NCBI GenBank assembly: GCA_046483985.1
Contig: JAWOCD010000112.1
Location: 1 to 28,566 of the forward strand
DNA: 28,566 nucleotides
Origin: Promethearchaeia archaeon
GTDB lineage: Archaea > Asgardarchaeota > Lokiarchaeia > Sigyniarchaeales > SOKP01
Direction of reading: 5' to 3'
The translations under genes and the position numbers were made by a program. This document shows positions 16,997-26,188 of the stretch, in pieces (position 1 is the stretch's first letter; every line of letters starts with the position of its first letter). The notes under the pieces are model-generated. The model was not told the origin of the DNA, searched no databases, and saw only the letters and a program-made list of their open reading frames with translations.

Positions 16997-18715
16997 ATGA
17001 AATTAGCGAGAATAAATGTAGAAGAAAATTCAGTAAACTACGAGGAGATTACAAAAGATTCAGAATATTTTCTTTTAGGAGCTCGTGCGCTTACTTCGCA
17101 GATTGTTTATGACGAAGTAGATCCAAAAGCAGATCCATTAGGGGAAAAAAATAAGGTAATTCTTGCAAATGGAGTTCTAACGGGCTCACCATTCCCCAAC
17201 TCTGGGCGCACATCGGTAGGAGGGAAGAGCCCCTTAACTGGTGGAATAAAAGAATCTAATGTGGGTGGTCGCCCCTCTCTGATGTTAGCACGACACGGAA
17301 TACGGGCATTGATATTGGAAGATAAATCTCCCGAGTGGAAAATAATTATCTTGGATCAAAACGGACTTCGGTTGGAATCAGCCAATGAGTATCAAGGACT
17401 GGGAAATTATAAGATTCATGAAACATTAAGAAACCGTTTTGGAGAAAGAGTGGGAATTTACTCTATTGGTCCTGCAGGGGAACATATGATGAAATCTGCA
17501 ACAATTGCAGCGAACGATCTTGAAGGCTATCCCAGTCGTCATGCCGCACGTGGCGGCTTAGGCTCGGTAATGGGTTCGAAAAAGATTAAGGCAATAGTTA
17601 TTATTCCGCCCGAAAGTTCAAACGTGAAGATTGAGGACCTTCAAGAACTCCGAAAGATCTCAAAACCCTTTACAAAAAATTTGGCTGAGTCGAAGGAAAC
17701 ATTCTCAATTTTCGGAACTGCCTTAATGATGAAATCGATGAGTGAATATGGAGCCTTACCGACAAAAAACTTTAGAAAAGGTAGTTTTGATAAGATAGAT
17801 CTCATTTCTGGAGAGAAGTTAAATGAAATCATTGAAAAGCGCGGGGGAAAAAATCGACTTGCTTGTTCTCCCGCTTGCGTAATTAGATGTTCAAATTTGG
17901 TGGTTGACGAGGGGGGAAATCATGTGACTTCGAGCCTTGAATATGAGACCATCACGATGAATGGTTCAAATTTATTAATTGATGATCTTGATGCGTTGGC
18001 TAAAATTGACCATTTATGCGATGATATAGGAATTGATACAATTGAATTCGGAGGCACCATGGGAGTTGCTATGGACGAAGGTGAAGTGGAATGGGGAGAT
18101 GAACAAGCGGTATATGAAATCTTAGAAGAGATCAGAAAGGGATCCAAAAGAGGACAGCTTTTTGGAAATGGGGTAAAATATATCGGCAAAGAACTAAATG
18201 CAAAACGGGTCCCTCAAGTAAAAGGACAAGGTATTTCAGCATATGATCCCAGAGTATTTAAAGGAATGGGCGTGACATTTGCCACCTCTCCCATGGGTGC
18301 AGATCATACTTCAGGAGCTGCAATAGCTGGTCGAAAGGCTAATCAAAAGAAGGATTATGGAGATTTAACTGAAAATGAAGGCAAGTTGGATCTCTCTTTT
18401 GAATTACAACTGTATATTTCCGTTCTTGATTCGATGGGTTGTTGCTATTTTATTGGACCTAATTACCAGACTATGGGACTTTTGGCGAAAACTATTAACG
18501 CGATGTACGGAACAGACTTAACACGTGAAGAGGTAGTAGATATTGGTCGTCACCTCCTAAAAATTGAACTGGACTACAACAATAAGGCGGGAGTAGGACA
18601 ATCAAAATCTGATGTCCCCGAATTCTTCAGAAAAGAAAAATCTGACCCTACTGGATTAACCTACACTTTTCCAAAAGAAGAACTCGATGAAATGTGGGAT
18701 AAACTTAATGAATAG
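16997..18715 (+). CDS. aor: Tungsten-type aldehyde:ferredoxin oxidoreductase family protein
   Basis: KSPLTGGIKESNVGG, IGPAGE, RGGLGSVMGSKKIKA, CSPACVIRC, EYET, DTIEFG, GADH, DSMGCC; ATG 16997 preferred over TTG 16949. Confidence 0.92.
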   Translation: MKLARINVEENSVNYEEITKDSEYFLLGARALTSQIVYDEVDPKADPLGEKNKVILANGVLTGSPFPNSGRTSVGGKSPLTGGIKESNVGGRPSLMLARHGIRALILEDKSPEWKIIILDQNGLRLESANEYQGLGNYKIHETLRNRFGERVGIYSIGPAGEHMMKSATIAANDLEGYPSRHAARGGLGSVMGSKKIKAIVIIPPESSNVKIEDLQELRKISKPFTKNLAESKETFSIFGTALMMKSMSEYGALPTKNFRKGSFDKIDLISGEKLNEIIEKRGGKNRLACSPACVIRCSNLVVDEGGNHVTSSLEYETITMNGSNLLIDDLDALAKIDHLCDDIGIDTIEFGGTMGVAMDEGEVEWGDEQAVYEILEEIRKGSKRGQLFGNGVKYIGKELNAKRVPQVKGQGISAYDPRVFKGMGVTFATSPMGADHTSGAAIAGRKANQKKDYGDLTENEGKLDLSFELQLYISVLDSMGCCYFIGPNYQTMGLLAKTINAMYGTDLTREEVVDIGRHLLKIELDYNNKAGVGQSKSDVPEFFRKEKSDPTGLTYTFPKEELDEMWDKLNE

Positions 18716-18756
18716 AAAAATTATTCAATTTTTTTTTATTTTTTTCTGAATGGCTG

Positions 18757-19299
18757 TTAAAGGTAATTTAGATAACCCTTTTTTATCATGGACAATTCAG
18801 CCCCTATTATTAATATTGTTCCTAAGATAACCACTAAAATCAACGAAAGTATACTAAAATCTAACCCGGTTAATCCAATTTGAATAATCTTAAGGACTAT
18901 ATATCCCAAGCCGGTACATAAAAACAAAATTTTATACTTTTTTTTGATGGTTAATGAGAAATGCCATGAACTTAATAATAAAGAAATTGCCAGAAATTGC
19001 AATATGAGAGAATAGGGGCCGGTCTTGGTAATGAAAGTAATTGCACTAATCGCACATAGTAGAGAAAGAATTATCGCCGCAATTACTAAGATAGGCATAT
19101 TTTCATAAAAAAAAGATTTTTCCAATTTTAAAGCAAAACTAACCAGCAACCAAGGAGAGGAAAAACACAAAAAGATGATAGGTATGAAAATATTATCCTT
19201 AAGGAAAAGTTTTGTGGCAAACTCTCCTATTAAGCCAATAAATATCAAAACCATTCCTACAACTCGTAATGTTCCCTCAGTTTTTGCTTTAATACTCAT
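18757..19299 (-). CDS. Hypothetical membrane protein (about 6 TM segments)
   Basis: 180-aa strongly hydrophobic ORF with ATG start. Confidence 0.7.
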   Translation of the reverse strand: MSIKAKTEGTLRVVGMVLIFIGLIGEFATKLFLKDNIFIPIIFLCFSSPWLLVSFALKLEKSFFYENMPILVIAAIILSLLCAISAITFITKTGPYSLILQFLAISLLLSSWHFSLTIKKKYKILFLCTGLGYIVLKIIQIGLTGLDFSILSLILVVILGTILIIGAELSMIKKGYLNYL

Positions 19300-19421
19300 T
19301 TTTCTCAGATCTTTTCGCTCTAATTTTCATAAGGTAATGTATTTAACAAATTAATATTTACTAATATGCTTTTTCTCCAATCGACAATAATATTTAATTT
19401 TAAGAATTCTTAGTTATTACT

Positions 19422-20282
19422 ATGGGAATGCGTATTGGAGCTCATATGTCCGTAGCTGGCGGAAAAGATAAAGCATTTGAACGTGGATTAGGAATTCGCT
19501 GTGAAACGATCCAAATCTTCATTAGATCAGTGCGTTCGTGGAGTTCGGGACAATTAGATAAGAGCGAAATCAATAAATTTTTAAAGAAGAAAAATGAATT
19601 AACAGAACAGATTTGGCCTATTATCTCGCATAACTCTTATCTGATTAACTTAGCAGGCACGGAAGAGGAGAAATTGGAAAAATCTGTTGATGCTATGATT
19701 GATGAGCTCACTAAGGCAGAGCAATTGCATTTGGATTATGTAAATATGCACCCTGGCAATAAAGATCCTGATGAAGAGGAACAGCCCGCTTTGGAACGAA
19801 TTGCCCATCAATTAAATGGTTTAATTCAAGAAACTCAAGGTTCGGAAGTTAAAATCTTACTGGAAACAACCGCAGGTCAAGGAAATGATTTAGGTTACAA
19901 GTTCGAACATATGAGAGATATCATTAAAAAAATTAGAAATAAAGAAAGAATAGGAGTCACTTTTGATACAGCTCATTCATTTGCCGCGGGTTATGATTTT
20001 ACCACTAAAACAGCTTATGAAAGTGTGATGCAAGATTTTGATGACATCATCGGTTTGGAATATCTCTATGTGCTTCATTTTAATGACTCTGCTAAGGAAT
20101 TGGGCTCGCGAGTTGATAGACATGCCCATATTGGGGAAGGAAAAATCGGAAGAGAACCGTTTGGTTACTTTTTAAATGATAACAAGTTAAAAGATTTGCC
20201 TGGAATTTTAGAAACTCCCAAGGGTAAAAATATGGAAGGCTTTAAAAAGGACTTGAAAGTTCTAAGAAAATTAAGAGAATAA
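19422..20282 (+). CDS. nfo: Endonuclease IV (AP endonuclease family 2)
   Basis: IGAHMSVAGG, QIF, HNSYLINL, HPG, LLETTAGQG, DTAHSFAAGYD, HFNDS, DRHAHIGEG, ILETP. Confidence 0.97.
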   Translation: MGMRIGAHMSVAGGKDKAFERGLGIRCETIQIFIRSVRSWSSGQLDKSEINKFLKKKNELTEQIWPIISHNSYLINLAGTEEEKLEKSVDAMIDELTKAEQLHLDYVNMHPGNKDPDEEEQPALERIAHQLNGLIQETQGSEVKILLETTAGQGNDLGYKFEHMRDIIKKIRNKERIGVTFDTAHSFAAGYDFTTKTAYESVMQDFDDIIGLEYLYVLHFNDSAKELGSRVDRHAHIGEGKIGREPFGYFLNDNKLKDLPGILETPKGKNMEGFKKDLKVLRKLRE

Positions 20283-20356
20283 TTGGTTAATCAACTTAAA
20301 GGTTTGAAATATTACTATCGTATTGTCTAACGTGTGTATCACGCATTAGGGAGTAT

Positions 20357-20388
20357 GAATCTTATGTCTTCAAGCGTGAGTAGTTCAA
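20357..20388 (+). mobile_element. Degenerate IS200/IS605 right-end-like remnant between convergent genes
   Basis: gaatcttatgtcttcaagcgtgagtagttcaa has the same GAATC-hairpin-TTCAA layout as the other ends, with a wobble-rich stem. Confidence 0.45.
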
Positions 20389-20389
20389 A

Positions 20390-20989
20390 TTATTCTATGG
20401 TTGCATGCCGTTTGTCGATATCTGTTTCCGTAACTCCTAAGATTTCCATTAACGTGCCACCAATGGAATCTAAAACAGAAAGAGTAGACACATCAAACAA
20501 GCTCGTGTAGGGGGCCAATGTATCTTTGGTAGTTGCAGCATCTTTACTTTTCCCTTTCACTTTTATAATGTAATCCGCCAATTTTCCTATAGTTGAATCT
20601 GGATTTCCGGTTATTAAAACAATCTTTCCCCCGATCTTTCTTGCTTTTTGGGCTATTGCCATGGGAGAGGTAGTTTCCCCGCTTCCGCTAATTATGATGA
20701 CTAAATCGCTTTCATTATATTGATAGGTGACTGCATCAGAAACAAAACAAGATTTTATGCCCAGATGCATTAAGCGCTGTGCAAAACAACTGCCAATAAA
20801 TCCTGACCTTCCGGCACCATAAACAAAAATTCGGTTTCCTTCTTTATGAATCTCCAAAACAATATCGATTACATCCAAAATATTCTCTGTATCGATATTT
20901 GATTTATTTTTTAAAACTTGCTCGCCGATTTCTTGCAAGGTATCGAGGAAACGTTTTCTGGTTTTTTCTCGTGTTTGCTTCATATTCAT
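20390..20989 (-). CDS. hxlB: SIS-domain 6-phospho-3-hexuloisomerase (PHI)-like protein
   Basis: RIFVYGAGRSG, FAQRLMHLG, IISGSGET, ITGNPDSTIGKLAD, LAPYTSLFD, C-terminal RHATIE. Confidence 0.88.
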   Translation of the reverse strand: MNMKQTREKTRKRFLDTLQEIGEQVLKNKSNIDTENILDVIDIVLEIHKEGNRIFVYGAGRSGFIGSCFAQRLMHLGIKSCFVSDAVTYQYNESDLVIIISGSGETTSPMAIAQKARKIGGKIVLITGNPDSTIGKLADYIIKVKGKSKDAATTKDTLAPYTSLFDVSTLSVLDSIGGTLMEILGVTETDIDKRHATIE

Positions 20990-21024
20990 CGTTTATTAGA
21001 GCATCTTATTTTAAATTTACTTTT

Positions 21025-22272
21025 CTACTGGTCTTCTTGATATTTTTCTGGATTCACGCACCGTTTCCATTGGTCTATTGTTTCTTTAGGACCGAGTCCA
21101 ATCAATAAGTCTTCCTCCTCGAAAAGAAAATCAGGTTCAAAACTGTATATCCATTTTTCGTCTCGCTTCAGCGCAATAATGTGTATTCCTCTCTTATATT
21201 TTGAATCTTGTAATTTGTTATAGGTTTTGCCTTTATAATATGAATCTTCAGAAAGCTTTTCTCTGACCACCACTTCTGAAGTCTCTTCAATCGCTTTCTG
21301 TAAAATGCGGTGTGGTTTAAATCCTTTTATAATATTTTCGGCGATATTTGCAGCAGCGTCAGATATTAATTCACTAGCAAAAACTATTCGCATAATACCA
21401 GTTAATTCCCGTGGAATGCTAATCATATGGGCTAAATCTAGAAGGTCCTTTTCCAAAGAAATATTTAAACCGTCCATTAATTCTTCCATTTCAAGAATGT
21501 CCTCGGCTAGCTCAAAGTTGTTAAAAAATAGTGCGGCTAATGAGAGTTCAATCATTGTTTCTGAGATATCCGTCAATTTAACATAATTCTTTTTGATTTC
21601 TCGGGACTTTTCAATTACATTCTTTTTTTTTAATTCTTGACTTAACTTTCTTTCTTTCTCTTGGAATTCAAAACTGAAAGGTTCCGAATCATAGCATTTC
21701 TCTTTTAGGCTTTTTATGGGCTTCTTTTCACCTTTCACGATAAGAATATCTCCTTCTAATACCTTTTCCTCTTTACTAAAGAGCCATTTCTCCTCTCTCC
21801 GTATTGCGATGAGATCAACTCCATGTTTACTTCTAAAATGAACTTCTTTACGGAGCTCTCCAATAAAATCGCACCCGGGATTAATTTTAATTTTTACAAT
21901 TGGTTCTGGGACATAATCCCAAAAAAGCTGGGAAAACTCGGCAATTTCATCGTTTATGTAAACCACTCGGGCAATATCCGATAAAGCATCGGAAATTTTA
22001 TCAATTGAATAACCCATTACTACGATGGGTTCAAGTTTTTTTGCATTTTTTGTTCTTCCCGCTTGCGTTCGTATGATCTGGAAATTAAGTAAAAAGGTAA
22101 GTTCATGGATCCTTTGTTCGATTTTATAAGCTTCATCGGCCATCTCTTTACTTCCAAACTTTATCGCCGAATACGCTAAATCAATCATTAAGTCTATGTT
22201 TTGTTTCATTTGTCGGATAATTTCCTTCATGGAAAGCGGTTTATATTTAAACTTTTTCTTAAATGGTCCCAT
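21025..22272 (-). CDS. Protein with duplicated PhoU-like plus TrkA-C (RCK_C) modules
   Basis: Two helical modules (LMIDLAYSA..., TMIELSLAALFF...ELISDAAANIA), each followed by an RCK_C-like segment (GVDLIAIRREEKW...EGDILIVKG; GIHIIALKRDEKW...EEDLLIGLG). Confidence 0.85.
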   Translation of the reverse strand: MGPFKKKFKYKPLSMKEIIRQMKQNIDLMIDLAYSAIKFGSKEMADEAYKIEQRIHELTFLLNFQIIRTQAGRTKNAKKLEPIVVMGYSIDKISDALSDIARVVYINDEIAEFSQLFWDYVPEPIVKIKINPGCDFIGELRKEVHFRSKHGVDLIAIRREEKWLFSKEEKVLEGDILIVKGEKKPIKSLKEKCYDSEPFSFEFQEKERKLSQELKKKNVIEKSREIKKNYVKLTDISETMIELSLAALFFNNFELAEDILEMEELMDGLNISLEKDLLDLAHMISIPRELTGIMRIVFASELISDAAANIAENIIKGFKPHRILQKAIEETSEVVVREKLSEDSYYKGKTYNKLQDSKYKRGIHIIALKRDEKWIYSFEPDFLFEEEDLLIGLGPKETIDQWKRCVNPEKYQEDQ

Positions 22273-22306
22273 TAAATTTTTTCACTCCTGTTTTTTAGTT
22301 TTTAAT

Positions 22307-22870
22307 TTATATAAAGATTGTTATTAATAGAATTAAAATAAAAGGCGTTAAGAAGTCTGCAAGGGAGGTGAGTAAAGGAATTAACAAATTATTTGGATCT
22401 TTTCCTTTATTAAATAAGAAAATCGCGCCTATGAATAAAAATATAAACAAGCTACAAAATAAAAATAAAATTGTTATCAGCAAGATTATAATGACTAATA
22501 GTGGATTAACAATTTTAATGTTAGTATTGATCGCAATAAGATATCCTAATCCAATTAATAATCCTAAGCTTACTAACACGGTATAGAAAAGCCCCAAGAA
22601 ATCTTCTTTTAATCTTTCTGAGAACTTGATCGTTGGTTCAATGGTCCCGATATACAGATGGGAGGTAAGTCTTGAAATAAGCACAGTTGAGAGGTCTCCA
22701 ATCAATGAATTTAAAGAGGGAATGATTAACAAGAGAATTGGAAAAGCATAGAGTACTTTTTCACTCGCTGAAAGGACTGTGCCCGAAAATAATCCCATAA
22801 TTGAAGAAAAGACCACAATTAAGAATGATTCTTTTACGATTTTTTTGAAATAACTCAGTTCTATATCCAT
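22307..22870 (-). CDS. MgtE/SLC41-type divalent cation transporter membrane domain (second half)
   Basis: IIPSLNSLIGD...SRL and GKDPNNLLIPLLTSLADF motifs; about 5 TM. Confidence 0.85.
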   Translation of the reverse strand: MDIELSYFKKIVKESFLIVVFSSIMGLFSGTVLSASEKVLYAFPILLLIIPSLNSLIGDLSTVLISRLTSHLYIGTIEPTIKFSERLKEDFLGLFYTVLVSLGLLIGLGYLIAINTNIKIVNPLLVIIILLITILFLFCSLFIFLFIGAIFLFNKGKDPNNLLIPLLTSLADFLTPFILILLITIFI

Positions 22871-23425
22871 TTAAGGTACCCCCAAAATAAGGATTGTAAG
22901 AAAAAAACATACCACGGTGAAGAAATCGTCTACAGCCGTCATAATAGGATTGACGATATTGTTGGGATCCAGTCCGCGATGGAATACAATAAGATTAAGG
23001 ATGGTTGAACTTAAAATTGAAATTGATAAAGTGAATATCATTGTTAAAATAGGGATTAATACCATAATAAAAATATTTAACAAGAGTTTTCCGAATATTA
23101 AGAGATTTATCAAAACACTAAAAATTCCGACCAAAGTTGCCGTAATTAATCCCAAACAATAGGTTGCTAACACATTTTCAATCCAAGATTTCTTATCGAA
23201 TTCTCCTATAATAAGGTCTCGGGAAGTCCGGGCAATAAAGGGACCGCTTAGGTTACCGCGTAATGAGAGTAGTGCGGGTACTATTAAAATCAAGACCACA
23301 AAGCTCTCAAAAGGGAGAATAATTATCGTTAAAATGACTCCGGCTAATAAATCCCCTACAATCGAAACTGTTTCTGCGGGAAAGGTCTCCTTAACAATTT
23401 GTTTCTTAGAGTCTTGTTTTATCAT
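22871..23425 (-). CDS. MgtE/SLC41-type divalent cation transporter membrane domain (first half)
   Basis: VPALLSLRGN and GLDPNNIVNPIMTAVDDF motifs; about 5 TM. Confidence 0.85.
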   Translation of the reverse strand: MIKQDSKKQIVKETFPAETVSIVGDLLAGVILTIIILPFESFVVLILIVPALLSLRGNLSGPFIARTSRDLIIGEFDKKSWIENVLATYCLGLITATLVGIFSVLINLLIFGKLLLNIFIMVLIPILTMIFTLSISILSSTILNLIVFHRGLDPNNIVNPIMTAVDDFFTVVCFFLTILILGVP

Positions 23426-23735
23426 CTATAATACACCGGATTGTTACCTTAAACTACGGGTACTATCTAAATCTAATTGATAAGATTATTAAAAATTTCT
23501 TAAATTTAGAATAGGAGTTTCAAAAAGTTAATTATTTCCAAATTAAATGACTGCGTTATATCTCTGAACCTTTCTCCATCGCCTTAACCAACTATTCTGA
23601 AGAAGGGAACATCTCCCAAAAATATGAATAAAATCCTGAAAACCATTGGAATTTTTGTTTCTCTGAACTAAAGAAAAACTTTGTATTTTTTCTCTTTATT
23701 TAATATTTTAAATTTTCAAATCAATATTAATTAGT

Positions 23736-25664
23736 ATGTCACAAAAGAATTTTGAGGCAAACCTTTCCTTCTTGAAAAAATATAAAAAAAAAGAGATGTT
23801 TGCGGAGGCAGCCATTCGAAAGTATATAAAACCTGGTGATAGAATATATATAGATTCCATATGTGCCGAGCCCACGGTCTTAACCCGGAAATTAATAGAA
23901 ATTGGCGAGGATTTACCGGATGTACAGATTCAGCACCTTTTAAGCCTCTCGGATTTGGATTATTATAGAGATATGAGTAGAGTTGAGAAGCTCTTCAGGC
24001 ACAATTCCTTTTTTATTGGGGAAAATTTACGTGATGCAATAAATAAGGGGAAGGCGGATTATACTCCAATGCTTCTTTCGAGAATCCCCCAACTCTTTCA
24101 GCGCGGAAAAATTCATTTAGATACTGTGATGATTCAAGTAAGTCCGCCCTCCAAATACGGATATTGTAGTTTTGGAACAAATGTTTCCATAGTTAAACCT
24201 CTCGCAGAATCAGCGGACCATGTTATTGCAGAAATAAATCCAAAAATGCCGTGCACCTTCGGAGATTCATTTATCCATATGGGTAAAATAGATGCTTATA
24301 CGCTGGTGGACCATGATCTGCTTGAATTCAGTTATGAGGATCCGGGAAAAACTGCCAAAAAGATTAGTAAATATGTTGCTTCTCTTATTGAGGATGACTC
24401 AACAATCCAAATGGGTATTGGACAAATTCCTAATGCGGTCACCCACGAGTTAGTGGATAAAAAAGATTTAGGTGTGCATAGCGAAGTTTTTTCCGATGGA
24501 ATCGTGGACTTGGTTGATGAAGGCGTGATCACATGTAGGAAAAAAACCTTACATAAAGATAAAATTATTTCCTCATTCGTCATGGGCTCTAAAAAACTCT
24601 TTGACTTTATCAATCTTAATCCAATGGTAGAGTTTCATCCAGTAGATTATGTAAATGATCCCTATATAATTAGCAAAAATAAGAAGCAAGTGGCCATAAA
24701 TGCAGCGCTATCCGTTGATTTAACGGGCCAAGTTAATTCAGATTCTATCGGACATAAATTTTATAGTGGTATTGGAGGTCAAGTAGACTTTGTGAGGGGA
24801 GCAGCACGTGCAGAAGGAGGAAAACCAATTATGGTCCTTCCCTCAACTGCAGAGTTGGACGACGGAACCTTAGTATCTCGAATAGTTCCCTACCTTCAAC
24901 CAGGCTCGGGTGTGGTAATTACACGAGGGGATGTACATTATGTTGTAACCGAATGGGGAATAGCGGATTTAAATGGAAAGAGTATACGGGAACGCGTCTT
25001 ACAGTTAATTAATGTTGCTCATCCCGATTTTCGAGAAGAATTACTAGAATGTGCAAAAAAATGGAATTACGTCTATCCCGACCAACAGTTACCCAAGTCT
25101 GTGGAAGGACGAATAAGTGTGTATCCTGAAGAATATGAAACTACTTTGGAGCTTCCAAATGGAAAAGAGATTTTAATCAGGCCAATAAAACCAACAGATG
25201 AGCGATTAGTTCAAGAGCTCTTCTATTCGCTTGGAGATCAAGAGAGATATTTCCGGTTTTTTAAAACGATAAAATCTTTCCGTCATGACAGAGTTCAACC
25301 CTTGATTACCATTGACTATTCTACATCGATGATTTTAGTTGGTGAAACCATGAAAGAGAAGGAAAAGAAGATCATTGCACAAGCCGCATTTGTAAAATCA
25401 GATCAACCATCGGTGGGTGAACTCTCCTTTATTGTTCACAAAGATTGGAGAGGGTTAGGGATAACCAAATATATGCTTGATTATTTAATTCAAATTGGTA
25501 GAGAATTAGGGTATAAGGAATTCTCGGGAACTATCTTACTCAATAATGAGGCAATGCTCCATATTATTAATAGCGCACCCTATCCTATGACCTTAAAACG
25601 CTACGCGAATGGAATATTTGAATTTCGCATGGATATCACAACAAGGAAGAAAAAAGAAAGATAG
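23736..25664 (+). CDS. Acetyl-CoA hydrolase / 4-hydroxybutyrate CoA-transferase-family protein fused to a C-terminal GNAT domain
   Basis: IQMGIGQIPNAV, GVHSEVFSDG, VDLTGQV, SGIGGQVDF, YVVTEWG, VAHPDFR; then IRPIKPTDE...RYFRFF...VHKDWRGLGI...NEAM. Confidence 0.92.
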   Translation: MSQKNFEANLSFLKKYKKKEMFAEAAIRKYIKPGDRIYIDSICAEPTVLTRKLIEIGEDLPDVQIQHLLSLSDLDYYRDMSRVEKLFRHNSFFIGENLRDAINKGKADYTPMLLSRIPQLFQRGKIHLDTVMIQVSPPSKYGYCSFGTNVSIVKPLAESADHVIAEINPKMPCTFGDSFIHMGKIDAYTLVDHDLLEFSYEDPGKTAKKISKYVASLIEDDSTIQMGIGQIPNAVTHELVDKKDLGVHSEVFSDGIVDLVDEGVITCRKKTLHKDKIISSFVMGSKKLFDFINLNPMVEFHPVDYVNDPYIISKNKKQVAINAALSVDLTGQVNSDSIGHKFYSGIGGQVDFVRGAARAEGGKPIMVLPSTAELDDGTLVSRIVPYLQPGSGVVITRGDVHYVVTEWGIADLNGKSIRERVLQLINVAHPDFREELLECAKKWNYVYPDQQLPKSVEGRISVYPEEYETTLELPNGKEILIRPIKPTDERLVQELFYSLGDQERYFRFFKTIKSFRHDRVQPLITIDYSTSMILVGETMKEKEKKIIAQAAFVKSDQPSVGELSFIVHKDWRGLGITKYMLDYLIQIGRELGYKEFSGTILLNNEAMLHIINSAPYPMTLKRYANGIFEFRMDITTRKKKER

Positions 25665-25768
25665 AATTTGATGCAAATTACCAGTCTTTTTTTGCTCTGT
25701 GCAAAAACGGAGATACAATCCCGAGACCGCCGAAATTTAAGGGATTTATGGCATGGTAATTTAAGACC

Positions 25769-25948
25769 ATTGCGAAATGCGGGAAAAGAAACAAGCGAAA
25801 CTTATTCGAACCTACAATTATTTCCGACTGTGGGCACGAGATGAATCGGGACTTGAATTCAGCCGTTAACATCATGGACAAGTTTCTTACGTCTGCTGAA
25901 CTATCGTATCAACCCTCTTTGAAGGAGGAATCCTTTCTGGATATATAG
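25769..25948 (+). pseudogene. tnpB: tnpB C-terminal fragment (degenerate Zn ribbon plus RuvC-III)
   Basis: Manual translation IAKCGKRNKRNLFEPTIISDCGHEMNRDLNSAVNIMDKFL...QPSLKEESFLDI*; CG-x3-4-RDxN(A/S)AxNI is the TnpB C-terminal signature; no N-terminal part is present. Confidence 0.85.
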
Positions 25949-26046
25949 AAAGAGTTTTCTACGACTTACAGCCCTAAGATATGTCCATTAGCCAACGCTT
26001 AGTTGACTCGTTGAAATTCCCTTCCTTTAGAGAGGGGAGGCTTCAA
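25911..26046 (+). mobile_element. IS200/IS605 right-end module (omega-RNA-like), second copy
   Basis: Overlaps and follows the tnpB fragment; about 83% identical to 10491-10626; hairpin ccttcc-ttta-gagaggggag then cttcaa. Confidence 0.85.
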
Positions 26047-26188
26047 TCTCATCTTCTTTCTGTTAAGCTTGATTCCCTAAAAGAAGTGAACATTGATTCA
26101 CTCTATTTATATTGAAAAAAAAATTTAAGAATTATAAATAATAACAACAATAATACAATCAAAAATAACATAAAAACTGAATTATAAA

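Noticed and set aside
23565-23588. Possible minus-strand IS-end remnant (ttaaggcgatggagaaaggttca)
   Set aside because: Only half a hairpin; too degenerate to support.
25678-25881. 67-aa minus-strand ORF
   Set aside because: Antisense to the tnpB fragment.
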